Origin: a phage
Reading direction: 5' to 3' (one strand)
Sequence record: PZ445428.1
Length of the DNA stretch: 64,000 nt
The notes beneath the pieces are model-generated. The model had not been told where the DNA came from, did not search any database, and was given only the letters and a program-made list of their open reading frames with translations. The number at the start of each line of letters is the position of its first letter. The first letter of the stretch is position 1. The position numbers and the translations under genes are program-made. This document shows positions 29,741 to 38,170 of this stretch, one piece after another.

Positions 29741-30019
29741 ATGCGAATTTATAACTCAAATTCATTAGGTTTCAAACCATTGAGAAAACGTGCACAATCT
29801 CCGCGTCAGATCAGAAAGGCTAATATCGGAGAACCAGAAACGCGTCTTCCGCCACCTCCTGAACAACGTTTAGTTTATCTAGACGAGGAATTGGCAGAAC
29901 GTGAACGTAAAGCTCAAGAAGAAATTGAGCGTAAGAAGATGTGTACTGCTCCGGCATATAATAAAGGTGCATATCAATACGTTTCTGATGAAGAACAAGC
30001 TAAGATGGTCGGCAGATAA
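29741..30019 (+). CDS. hypothetical protein
   Basis: 92-aa ORF. Confidence 0.5.
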   Translation: MRIYNSNSLGFKPLRKRAQSPRQIRKANIGEPETRLPPPPEQRLVYLDEELAERERKAQEEIERKKMCTAPAYNKGAYQYVSDEEQAKMVGR

Positions 30020-30035
30020 TTTTTAAAAAATTCAT

Positions 30036-30064
30036 TTGCTAAACGCTTCAAAATCTCGTATAAT
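30036..30064 (+). promoter_or_regulatory. sigma70 early promoter
   Basis: TTGCTAaacgcttcaaaatctcgTATAAT. Confidence 0.6.
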
Positions 30065-30102
30065 ATACTTCATAAATTGATCAACAAAAAGGAAAATAAA
30101 TA

Positions 30103-30618
30103 ATGGCTAAGCAGAAAAACGCAAAAACTCAGGCAGCTCCAGCAGTTAAGACTTTCCCGCAGACCGAAGCTAATCGTAAGGCTCGTCTGGAACGTCATCT
30201 GCGTAAGCATCCTGAAGATGTTCAGGCTGCACAAGCTCTGGGTCGTCCGGCTCCTGTTCGTCAGAAACCGAAGGCTAAAAACTCAACCCGAGCTGTAGCT
30301 AAACAGGTTGTGTTCATCAAAGGTGAAGGCCACAAGTCTGTACCTGTAACCCTGGGCTTCAACGGTGGAGCTGAAATGTTCTCCCGTAAGGACATGTCCC
30401 CGAAAGAGTACGAAAAAGCAGTTAATCAGAAACGTAAGCCAATGGCCGACGTATTCCGTGAAACTCGCGGCCAGTTCGGCTCTGTTAAACCGAATATCTT
30501 CGGTGTAGAGTATAGCCGTGACAACGTTCGCGCTCTGTGCTACGGCATTGGCATCAAGTTCACTGGTGCTTCTGATCGTAAATCCGCTAAACCGGCTCGT
30601 AAGCGTAAAGCGAAGTAA
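30103..30618 (+). CDS. hypothetical highly basic protein
   Basis: 171 aa, Lys/Arg-rich, possibly nucleic-acid binding. Confidence 0.55.
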   Translation: MAKQKNAKTQAAPAVKTFPQTEANRKARLERHLRKHPEDVQAAQALGRPAPVRQKPKAKNSTRAVAKQVVFIKGEGHKSVPVTLGFNGGAEMFSRKDMSPKEYEKAVNQKRKPMADVFRETRGQFGSVKPNIFGVEYSRDNVRALCYGIGIKFTGASDRKSAKPARKRKAK

Positions 30619-30676
30619 TGATTGATGGGGCGAAAGCCCCATATACTAACTCTCTTTCTAACTAAGGATATTTTTT

Positions 30677-30892
30677 ATGTTCTCTAAGAAACCACGTTCC
30701 GTTACTGAAATCGTTGCTTCCTTTACCACAATTACTGACGAACTTCAAGCTCGTATTGATGCTGATCAGAAAACCGCTGCTGAAATTCAGAAACAGCAGG
30801 AAGAACTTGCTCTGAAATTGGCTGAAACCAATAAGAGCGAAAAATCTGCTCAAACTATTAAGGAAAACATCCTTAAACTGCTGGGTAAGTAA
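30677..30892 (+). CDS. hypothetical protein
   Basis: 71-aa ORF, helical. Confidence 0.45.
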   Translation: MFSKKPRSVTEIVASFTTITDELQARIDADQKTAAEIQKQQEELALKLAETNKSEKSAQTIKENILKLLGK

Positions 30893-30893
30893 T

Positions 30894-31154
30894 ATGAGAC
30901 ATAATAACTCACGTATTATGTCTGGTATGCTTCAACGACTATTTAACGATGGAGCGGTGAGGGCTTATCGGACAGACATTACCAATATTTGGAAACTAGA
31001 GTTTAGGTTATCAGATGATTCCGAAGCCATAAACAACCGTACCTTTACTTGGTATGAATTTGAAGATGAAGTTCAGCAGTTTAGCGAGGGTTACTTTGTA
31101 ACACCTGGAGAAGCTCAGGCTGCCCTAGAGCACTACTGTAGGACTTATCTCTGA
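30894..31154 (+). CDS. hypothetical protein
   Basis: 86-aa ORF. Confidence 0.45.
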   Translation: MRHNNSRIMSGMLQRLFNDGAVRAYRTDITNIWKLEFRLSDDSEAINNRTFTWYEFEDEVQQFSEGYFVTPGEAQAALEHYCRTYL

Positions 31155-31193
31155 TATACTAGGGGGCGAAAGCCCCTCTCATTTGGAGAAACT

Positions 31194-31409
31194 ATGCGTA
31201 ACTTCGTTGCAAAGAATGATTTTAACCGTGCTAGCACTCATAAGTCTGCTAGAGATTATACTCGTCTTTCTAAACATGAGCTTCTAGAAGAAATCATGGA
31301 AGAAAACTGGGATGTTAATGAAAATGGAACAGACCTGTTTGAAGAAGAAGAAATTCCCTTGAAAGACCCCAAGCAGTGGGAGTCTAACAAAGAGACCACT
31401 CTTTGTTAG
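31194..31409 (+). CDS. hypothetical acidic protein
   Basis: 71-aa ORF. Confidence 0.45.
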   Translation: MRNFVAKNDFNRASTHKSARDYTRLSKHELLEEIMEENWDVNENGTDLFEEEEIPLKDPKQWESNKETTLC

Positions 31410-31433
31410 TTTTCTACACAATAAGGATAAGTT

Positions 31434-32135
31434 ATGAAAGTAAAACCATTTGGTATGCTGGACATTGAATCCCTAGGGACTCCAGATAACTGTGGAACAA
31501 CCCATATCGCAATGCCGTCTTTCGCTTTCGTAGCCATGCACGGAATTGATACAGACCCTGACCTGATCTTCGTAACCCTAGACGTTCAAGATCAACTTAA
31601 TGCAGGTGCTAAAGTTACTGCATCTACATTTGCTTTCTGGATGGATCAGGCTAAAAATAGCCCATCTGCCCTCCACATTATGGAAGCTTTACAAAGCAAA
31701 GGTGCAAAACTCATTGCATTCCGTGATGGTAAACACCAGTGCACTAATGAACTAGGTTCAAACTATGGAGCTTACCTCATGGCTAAGAACATGATGGAAA
31801 TCTTCCTAGACGAAAATGCACTGTACTACGGCAATGGCCCAGAATTTGATATGACTATCTACTCTGCTAATACGTTCCATGCTGGAACTAATGAAGCAGT
31901 CGTTCCATGGAAATTCTGGAATCTGGGTAACGTTCGTTCTTTCCGTAATCTGTGGATGCAAGCAGGTTATAATTACAAAGAACTGGAAGCCGAAGGTGCT
32001 AGCTGGGCTAAGGCTAAAATGGAGAAGATGGACACCATTCGTTATGGAATCTATCCAGTTAAGCATGATCCAGCATTCGATGCATTAGTTGAAAGTTACT
32101 GCGTTGCGCGCATGATCGAAAAAATCAAAATTTGA
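31434..32135 (+). CDS. putative DEDDh-type 3'-5' exonuclease
   Basis: N-terminal MLDIESLG (DxE) and C-terminal YPVKHDPAFDALVESY (H-x4-D). Confidence 0.5.
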   Translation: MKVKPFGMLDIESLGTPDNCGTTHIAMPSFAFVAMHGIDTDPDLIFVTLDVQDQLNAGAKVTASTFAFWMDQAKNSPSALHIMEALQSKGAKLIAFRDGKHQCTNELGSNYGAYLMAKNMMEIFLDENALYYGNGPEFDMTIYSANTFHAGTNEAVVPWKFWNLGNVRSFRNLWMQAGYNYKELEAEGASWAKAKMEKMDTIRYGIYPVKHDPAFDALVESYCVARMIEKIKI

Positions 32136-32136
32136 T

Positions 32137-32165
32137 TTGCTTTCAGCTCCAAAATTCTGTATAAT
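32137..32165 (+). promoter_or_regulatory. N25-like early promoter
   Basis: TTGCTTTCAGctccaaaattctgTATAAT then ATTCATAAATTTGAGA. Confidence 0.65.
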
Positions 32166-32205
32166 ATATTCATAAATTTGAGAAAACAAACAAAAGGAAA
32201 ACACA

Positions 32206-32388
32206 ATGCCAGTATCTAAAAACACTCGTAAAAATGGTAAGAAAGCTACTCGTAACCTGGGCCTGCGTCGTATGGCTGAACGTCAGTCCGGCATCCAGAA
32301 AATCTTTAACGTGCTGAATCGCGCTAATCCAAACATTGATAACAGTTCTGATACTGTTCTGCGCACTCTGCTGGCAATCGGTCTGTAA
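32206..32388 (+). CDS. hypothetical small basic protein
   Basis: 60-aa ORF downstream of promoter and SD. Confidence 0.4.
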   Translation: MPVSKNTRKNGKKATRNLGLRRMAERQSGIQKIFNVLNRANPNIDNSSDTVLRTLLAIGL

Positions 32389-32441
32389 TAGACCGCTTTT
32401 AAAACAAATTCAAATCTCAAACTTCATATAAGGAAGAAATA

Positions 32442-33080
32442 ATGACTACTCGTATGTCTAAAACTCGTGCTCTGGCAACCATCAAGTCTCTGGAAGCTAA
32501 AATCCGTAAAGCCACTGAACAACAGCTTCTGGTTGCAGTTGGTGAAGGTAAAGACCACAACCAAGTTGTTGTTGGTGCTGCAATCGAAGTAGATGCTCTG
32601 TCTACTCGTATTGCGAATGACTTCCAGTCTCTGCTGGATATGATGTCTCAGCGCGATCGCATCAAAGCTGCCCTGATTCAGAGCAACGCAGAAACGATTG
32701 TTGAAATCGGTTCTCGCAAAATGACCGTAGCGGAAGCTATCGAAGCCAAGCGTTCTATGGAACTCAAGGCACAGCTGTTGGCTAACATGCGTAAGCAGTT
32801 CCATGCTGCAACTGTTAAGTTCAACACTCAGAAAGCTCAATTTGATGCTAAGTACGAACGTCTTCAGGATAATATGTCCACCCGTGACAAGAAGACTTCC
32901 GAAGATGAAATCAAAATGCAGATCAACCTGCTGGAACTGAAGCACACTCCGTTCCTGATCGATCCTCTGGGTCTGGAAGCGTTGATCAAGCAGCATGACG
33001 AAGACTATCAGGACTTTGCAACTAACGTTGACTTTGTTCTGTCTGAGTCCAACGCCTCTACTTTCATCGAAGTAGAGTAA
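32442..33080 (+). CDS. hypothetical protein
   Basis: 212 aa; the opposite-strand ORF 32424-32996 is judged a shadow. Confidence 0.55.
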   Translation: MTTRMSKTRALATIKSLEAKIRKATEQQLLVAVGEGKDHNQVVVGAAIEVDALSTRIANDFQSLLDMMSQRDRIKAALIQSNAETIVEIGSRKMTVAEAIEAKRSMELKAQLLANMRKQFHAATVKFNTQKAQFDAKYERLQDNMSTRDKKTSEDEIKMQINLLELKHTPFLIDPLGLEALIKQHDEDYQDFATNVDFVLSESNASTFIEVE

Positions 33081-33463
33081 TGAATTAAAAGTCTAGCAAA
33101 TCGGTAGACGAAAGCCCAAGCATCTTACCTCGCAGCAGCGGTTGAAATACGAGGTTAAATAAGACCGCTGACCATACTATAAAGTATAATCTATTGGAGA
33201 TTATGTTTATTACATCAGACTCTTAATCTGACACGTAAAAACAAAGGTCGTTGGTAGTACCAACACAACTTCAAAGATCAACGCTCAAGTATGAAAGCTG
33301 AAAAGTTAAAAGCACTCAAACTTCTAACCTTCTAAAGCTAAAAGATGCAAAGTATTCGTTGATGATTCAAACCCTAGGTCAAAGGTACATGGCTCATAAG
33401 ATATGGCCTGTGGCGCCTCTAGGCTGTTTATCGGTTTGCTAGTCTCTCAATCTAAAAATGTAT

Positions 33464-33492
33464 TTGCGAAAACACTTTCACTTCTGTATAAT
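33464..33492 (+). promoter_or_regulatory. sigma70 early promoter
   Basis: TTGCGAaaacactttcacttctgTATAAT. Confidence 0.55.
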
Positions 33493-33522
33493 ATATTTTT
33501 AAATTGATGAGACGAGGCTATT

Positions 33523-33840
33523 ATGACTTTCCATATTCTGATTGATGATGTTCGTAACTTAAATGGAATGGATATTATCATTCGAACCCCCGAAGCCGCT
33601 GTTGAGTTTCTGAATACAACCGATACCACTGGTCATTTCGTTTATATGGACAACGATCTGGCTGTAGATGGTATGGAAGGTTATCAAATTCTTCGTTTAC
33701 TCTTAGAATTTGGCCAGAGACCCAAGAAAGTGGTACTAGTAACCTCTAACCCGGTAGCTAAAGAGACCATGCGTAATGATCTCCTAGACGAAGGGTATCA
33801 AGAAAGCCCTAATCGTATTGAGTACGATTGGCCGGAGTAA
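33523..33840 (+). CDS. hypothetical protein with receiver-domain-like acidic pocket
   Basis: ILIDDVR...VYMDNDL...VVLVTSNP arrangement is CheY-like; 105 aa. Confidence 0.45.
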   Translation: MTFHILIDDVRNLNGMDIIIRTPEAAVEFLNTTDTTGHFVYMDNDLAVDGMEGYQILRLLLEFGQRPKKVVLVTSNPVAKETMRNDLLDEGYQESPNRIEYDWPE

Positions 33841-33847
33841 ACAAAAG

Positions 33848-34297
33848 ATGAAGGCAGCACTGCTACTAACTGCTGCCCTAGCCTTTAGCTTTAATAGTCA
33901 TGCCACACATGATGCAAAAGAAATAGAATGTATTGCTAAAAACATCTATTTTGAGAGCCGAGGTGAGGGCACGAAGGGAATGCTCGCAGTTGCACAGGTT
34001 ACTAAAAACCGTGTTAACTCTGGTAAGTTCCCTGATACTTACTGTAAAGTAGTATATCAGTCTAACCAGTTTTCTTGGGTATCCAAGAACCCAAAAGTTG
34101 ATAAAACCGATGAGGCTTGGCAAGTTGCTAAGAATTTAGCTAGAGTGATATACTACGTTGATTTACCACAAGATCCAACACATGGAGCGTTATACTTCCA
34201 TAGTGGTAAAGACAAACCTTATTGGACTAAAGTATTTAAGAAAACAACTAAGATCAAAGGACACACGTTCTATAAACCTGTCTCCCAAGAAACTTAA
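33848..34297 (+). CDS. secreted cell-wall hydrolase (SleB/Hydrolase_2-like)
   Basis: Signal peptide MKAALLLTAALAFSFNSHA; NIYFESRGEGTKGMLAVAQVTKNR motif. Confidence 0.6.
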   Translation: MKAALLLTAALAFSFNSHATHDAKEIECIAKNIYFESRGEGTKGMLAVAQVTKNRVNSGKFPDTYCKVVYQSNQFSWVSKNPKVDKTDEAWQVAKNLARVIYYVDLPQDPTHGALYFHSGKDKPYWTKVFKKTTKIKGHTFYKPVSQET

Positions 34298-34305
34298 AAA
34301 TTCGG

Positions 34306-34334
34306 TTGCTTAATGCTTTAAAAACCTGTATAAT
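34306..34334 (+). promoter_or_regulatory. sigma70 early promoter
   Basis: TTGCTTaatgctttaaaaacctgTATAAT. Confidence 0.6.
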
Positions 34335-34365
34335 ACTTTCATAAATTAATGAGAGGAAGCGAAAC

Positions 34366-34536
34366 ATGAAATCAGTTGTAATTATTGGTGTTAATACTCG
34401 TGGTATTCGTACTACTAAAACTGTTAAAACTGCTAAGATTTCTGATGTTACATCAAACCCTAGCAAGTTTGATTTCGCTAAAGTCTCGGCAGTTATGACT
34501 GAAAAATCTTTTAATCAAACACTGGAAGCAAAATAA
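34366..34536 (+). CDS. hypothetical small protein (56 aa, not in ORF track)
   Basis: ATG after GAGAGGAAG; reads MKSVVIIGVNTRGIRTTK...; stop overlaps next ATG. Confidence 0.4.
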   Translation: MKSVVIIGVNTRGIRTTKTVKTAKISDVTSNPSKFDFAKVSAVMTEKSFNQTLEAK

Positions 34537-34979
34537 TGGAAGAGAATATCCTAGACGTTCTGCGTAGAGCTTTACAAGCATCTAAAGTAAATGGTTCTGA
34601 TAAAGAAGTAGTGAAGAGCTACCAGACTATAATTGGCGATCTTCAGCGGGTAGATAAAGACTTTATCACTTCTGAACAATTTGTAAATTATCTGAAAGCT
34701 CAGTTAAAGAGCATTGAAGCAACTAAAGCAAAACTGCAGGGTGCTGATCTGCAAAACTATAGTCTGCAATCTGCTCAGTATGAATATGTACTTAACAGTT
34801 ATTTAGAGAAGTATCTGCCTCCGCAGATGTCCTCTACTGAAATACGCAATTACTTTGCAGAATTAGTTAAACTGAATCCAGGTATTACCAAAGGTACCCT
34901 GATGAAAGCGATTAAGGAAGAATTTTCTGGTCGTTATGATGGTAAACTTGCAGCTCAAGTTGCTGGCGAATTTAATTAA
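34536..34979 (+). CDS. GatB/YqeY-domain protein
   Basis: C-terminal YLEKYLPPQMSSTEIRNYFAELV...GTLMKAIKEEFSGRYDGKLAAQVAGE resembles the YqeY family. Confidence 0.55.
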   Translation: MEENILDVLRRALQASKVNGSDKEVVKSYQTIIGDLQRVDKDFITSEQFVNYLKAQLKSIEATKAKLQGADLQNYSLQSAQYEYVLNSYLEKYLPPQMSSTEIRNYFAELVKLNPGITKGTLMKAIKEEFSGRYDGKLAAQVAGEFN

Positions 34980-34987
34980 AAATTGAT

Positions 34988-35016
34988 TTGCTAAATGCTT
35001 CAAAAGTTGATATAAT
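34988..35016 (+). promoter_or_regulatory. sigma70 early promoter driving the ORF-free structured region
   Basis: TTGCTAaatgcttcaaaagttgaTATAAT. Confidence 0.6.
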
Positions 35017-35021
35017 AGTTA

Positions 35022-36144
35022 CATAAATTAGAGAGAACAGCGAGCCGATTACGCTGAGTGCAGAATCCCAACCGGAGCGCATTGAATAGAGTCGGTGAGT
35101 TGTACTAGGATTCCTGATTAGAGAGGTTCCAGGCACCGCAGGGTTTACTCTGTACCGCTTCCAGCTATCGATATCAGGAATGAATAGTGCGCAAAACTCG
35201 GGAGCTGTCCCGAAACCTCGTAAACTCTTCTCTCTAATTTAATTAAACGATGGATCTCAGCACGAGCCAGTCACAGTGTGAAACATGGTGCGTGACCCAG
35301 GGGTAGAAGACTAGGAGTTGGCTTGAGAAACCCATGTAACTCCTAACGCTGACCCGTCTAGGTTGCAAATCGAGACATGTGTATATCACAATGAGGTAAG
35401 TGACCATCAAATAGTGGGTAGCGTAATTTTTAGGTGAATGATGGAGGTCTAACGACTGAGGGCATCATCTCGGGATTACCAGCCACGAAATAGTGGGGTG
35501 TCGAACTGACTTATGTAATAACACTGCCGTCCTAGTATAAACGGTAATATCAAGCCGTAACTGGTGGAAGATGTAGGTTCGAATCCTACGGTCGGTAAGA
35601 ATTAGATAACTCGGGCTTATACCGGATAAGCATTCGCTGCGGAAGTACATACTATGACGGTTCAGGAGGTACGCCGCCTGATCAGTATGAGGTTAGAATC
35701 GAAACCGCTAAACCACGAGGAAACCTGACGGCCTCAGCCAAACTCGGAAACTCAGGATCGCTGCTTAGTGCGTGCCCTGTTTTAACCTAGAGACTAAGCA
35801 CTCCAGCTTCGCATCGAAAATCGGAGGTGCGATTCTACTAGACCGCGTAACTATGAGAGGGGGAAATGCTCACATGAAACATGTGACTAATGGTGCACAA
35901 TAGAACAGGTAAACGCGATAAGTCCTGTTGAGTAGCAGCAGAAGGCTGGGAGTCATGACCTGAGCCTAACCGAGTTCTCCACATAGGGAGGACATAACCA
36001 CGAAGTCACCTTGACTTAAACTGGAAGATATTGTCTGACGGCAGGGCTGAAGAGCTTAATCTGAGGGGGCTGACCCTACCTACCGCCGGGTATCTTTAAG
36101 AGCTTTTGAGAGAGTTCTTAAAAATACCTAACAAAATCTATTTT
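35022..36144 (+). ncRNA. candidate structured stable RNA(s) or tRNA-like elements, about 1.1 kb ORF-free
   Basis: No ORF on either strand apart from one spurious minus ORF; higher GC; many hairpins (TAGGAGTT...AACTCCTA; AGAGAGAA...TTCTCTCT about 200 nt apart); T-arm-like GTAGGTTCGAATCCTAC at 35573-35589. Confidence 0.4.
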
Positions 36145-36219
36145 CGGGGTGTAGTCTAAGGGATAGGCAGGAGTCTTCTAAATTCCTTTATGCAGGTTCG
36201 AATCCTGTCACCTCGGCCA
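36145..36219 (+). tRNA. tRNA-Arg (anticodon TCT)
   Basis: Hand-folded cloverleaf: acceptor CGGGGTG/CACCTCG, anticodon loop CTTCTAA, T-arm GCAGG-TTCGAAT-CCTGT, encoded CCA. Confidence 0.8.
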
Positions 36220-36245
36220 ATTTTATTAACTAGTAGGAAAATAAA

Positions 36246-36446
36246 ATGAAAACACGATATATAGTAAAAGCAGTAGGTGAACATTCTCAAGTAAATACCA
36301 CTGATGTTACAGCACTAGCGTTTGAAGTAGTCTCCGGTATAGTTATATTTCATAATGGAGATATTAAAGCACCTGAATTTGCTGTGGATTCTGGCCTGTT
36401 TATTTCTGCCACTAAAGTAACTGTAGTATCTAACTCTTCTAAATAA
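36246..36446 (+). CDS. hypothetical protein
   Basis: 66-aa ORF. Confidence 0.4.
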   Translation: MKTRYIVKAVGEHSQVNTTDVTALAFEVVSGIVIFHNGDIKAPEFAVDSGLFISATKVTVVSNSSK

Positions 36447-36457
36447 TAAGGAAATAT

Positions 36458-37402
36458 ATGTTTACTAAAAACACTAAAGAACTAACTTCTGAACAAAAAG
36501 TAATTCGTACTATTAAACGTTGGGGTGTTGGTGCTGTAGTTGGTCTTGGTGCTCTTATTCTGGCTCTCAATTCCTATACAGTTGTTCAGGACGGTACTGT
36601 AAAGACTCAGACATTCTTGGGTAAAGTTAACCCGAACCCTGTACTGCCAGGGTTTCACATTGTCAACCCATTCGCTTCTTTTGATACTTTTAGTACGAAA
36701 GATATTTCCATGAAACTGGATAAGCTTCAGGTTCCTAGCCAGGATAAGTTTAAGTCCACTGTTGATATTACTGTTATGTTGCAGTTCGATGGTGCTAAAG
36801 CTCCGATGAACCGTGTTAACGCAGGTACTCAGGATCAGGCGCTGAACAAGTATGTTGAAGAGAAGATGCTGTCTACTATCCGTGAATTTGGTAAGTCTGT
36901 ACCGAAAGCACAGGATCTGTTCGACGCTAAGATTCAGGCACAGCTGCAAACTGCAATTCAGCAGGAAGTTGAAGAATATGCTCGTCCTTATGGTTACACC
37001 GTGAAGCAAGTATTCCTTCAGGATATTACACTTCCGCCAGTAATCATGGAACAGGTTCAGAACACAAAAGTTCGTGAAGAACAAGTTAACGCCGCTAAAG
37101 CTGAACTAGCTCGTGTTGAACAAGAAGCACAGCAGAAAGTTAAGCAAGCTGAAGCAGATCGTTCTGCTCGTGAAAACATGGCAGTAGCTAACGAACGTGA
37201 CGCAGATGCTAAACTGTACGCAGCTAAGAAAGAAGCTGAAGCTAACGCCGCACTGCAACGTACCATTACCCCTGAAATGATTCGTTGGAAACAGCTGGAA
37301 GTTGAAATGCTTCGTGCTGAGAAATATCAGGGTGGTGTACCGCAGACTGTAGTTGGTACTGGTTATGATGGCCAGATGATCATGGATATGCGTAACAAGT
37401 AA
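36458..37402 (+). CDS. SPFH/band-7 (stomatin/prohibitin-like) membrane protein
   Basis: N-terminal TM segment, SPFH-like core, long C-terminal coiled coil (EQEAQQKVKQAEADR). Confidence 0.6.
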   Translation: MFTKNTKELTSEQKVIRTIKRWGVGAVVGLGALILALNSYTVVQDGTVKTQTFLGKVNPNPVLPGFHIVNPFASFDTFSTKDISMKLDKLQVPSQDKFKSTVDITVMLQFDGAKAPMNRVNAGTQDQALNKYVEEKMLSTIREFGKSVPKAQDLFDAKIQAQLQTAIQQEVEEYARPYGYTVKQVFLQDITLPPVIMEQVQNTKVREEQVNAAKAELARVEQEAQQKVKQAEADRSARENMAVANERDADAKLYAAKKEAEANAALQRTITPEMIRWKQLEVEMLRAEKYQGGVPQTVVGTGYDGQMIMDMRNK

Positions 37403-37427
37403 TAGACATACGTAACATCTGAAGTAA

Positions 37428-37460
37428 GCCCGCGTTTCCTCCGAGAGCGCGGGCTTTTCT
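37428..37460 (+). terminator. intrinsic terminator after the SPFH gene
   Basis: GCCCGCG...CGCGGGC hairpin followed by TTTTCT. Confidence 0.65.
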
Positions 37461-37474
37461 GTATTTAAGGCAAA

Positions 37475-37510
37475 AGAAAAGCCCCTTACCTTTCGGCAGG
37501 GGCTTTGTTT
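37475..37510. terminator. bidirectional terminator at convergent junction
   Basis: GCCCCT...AGGGGC hairpin flanked by T-runs on both strands. Confidence 0.55.
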
Positions 37511-37720
37511 TTGGTTTAGAACCATACTCTCTTGTTACAGCAACCACCCATACGGGAGACCAATCTTGACTGAAAATCTACTCTAGGGGGCAGGATAAGA
37601 GTAGGCTTAAAGGCAAACGGATTGAACACCGGTATTTGCGTAAACATTGCTGGAGAGCAACAACGTGCTACAGGCATTGGGCAGCATGATGTAGGCTTTC
37701 TACAACACATTTAAACCTCC

Positions 37721-38149
37721 TTAGGAGTTATTCCCATTGTTTTGAGCTTTTGCAATCTGACTCTGGCAGTAGCTGTTAAACTTCCCCATGTAAGAGACAA
37801 GAAGCTTTCCATCCTCTGTTTTAGCGAATTCTTCGAAAAGGGACAATACGGCCTGTCCCTCAGCAGAAACTTGCTGTTGTTGAGGTTGTTGAACCTGCTG
37901 CTGTTGAGGCATTTGCATCTGCTGCTGAGGCTGCATTTGTTGAGGCATTTGCGGCTGCCCGCTCATTTGCTGCATCATCTGCATAGGGTTTACACTTCCA
38001 GGATTCTGCTGGAATTGCTGTTGCATATTCTGAGCTTCTGCCAAACGCTGTTGCAACTGCTGTAGGTAAGGGTTATCCAGACCCGGAACGGGCTGCTGGG
38101 AGCCCATTGGTTGATTAAATCCGTTGTTTACAAAACCATATTTACTCAT
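37721..38149 (-). CDS. Gln/Pro/Met-rich low-complexity protein
   Basis: 142 aa with a long QQMQPQQQMQMPQQQQVQQPQQQQ tract; on the opposite strand to all surrounding genes. Confidence 0.55.
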   Translation of the reverse strand: MSKYGFVNNGFNQPMGSQQPVPGLDNPYLQQLQQRLAEAQNMQQQFQQNPGSVNPMQMMQQMSGQPQMPQQMQPQQQMQMPQQQQVQQPQQQQVSAEGQAVLSLFEEFAKTEDGKLLVSYMGKFNSYCQSQIAKAQNNGNNS

Positions 38150-38170
38150 AATGGGCTCCTCCCCTTAATA

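Noticed and set aside
32424-32996. Minus-strand 190-aa ORF
   Set aside because: Antisense shadow of the plus-strand gene 32442-33080, which has a promoter, SD and the same codon style as neighbours.
35465-35650. Minus-strand 61-aa ORF in the structured RNA region
   Set aside because: No promoter or SD; lies within a GC-rich hairpin-dense non-coding region.
35022-36144. tmRNA, RNase P RNA or group I intron in the ORF-free region
   Set aside because: No tag-peptide reading frame with resume codon, no recognisable P4 or group I core motifs, and it is not inserted in a gene; left as unclassified structured RNA.
36482-37525. Minus-strand ORFs of 69-200 aa
   Set aside because: Antisense to the SPFH gene and Ser/Leu-rich low-complexity translations.
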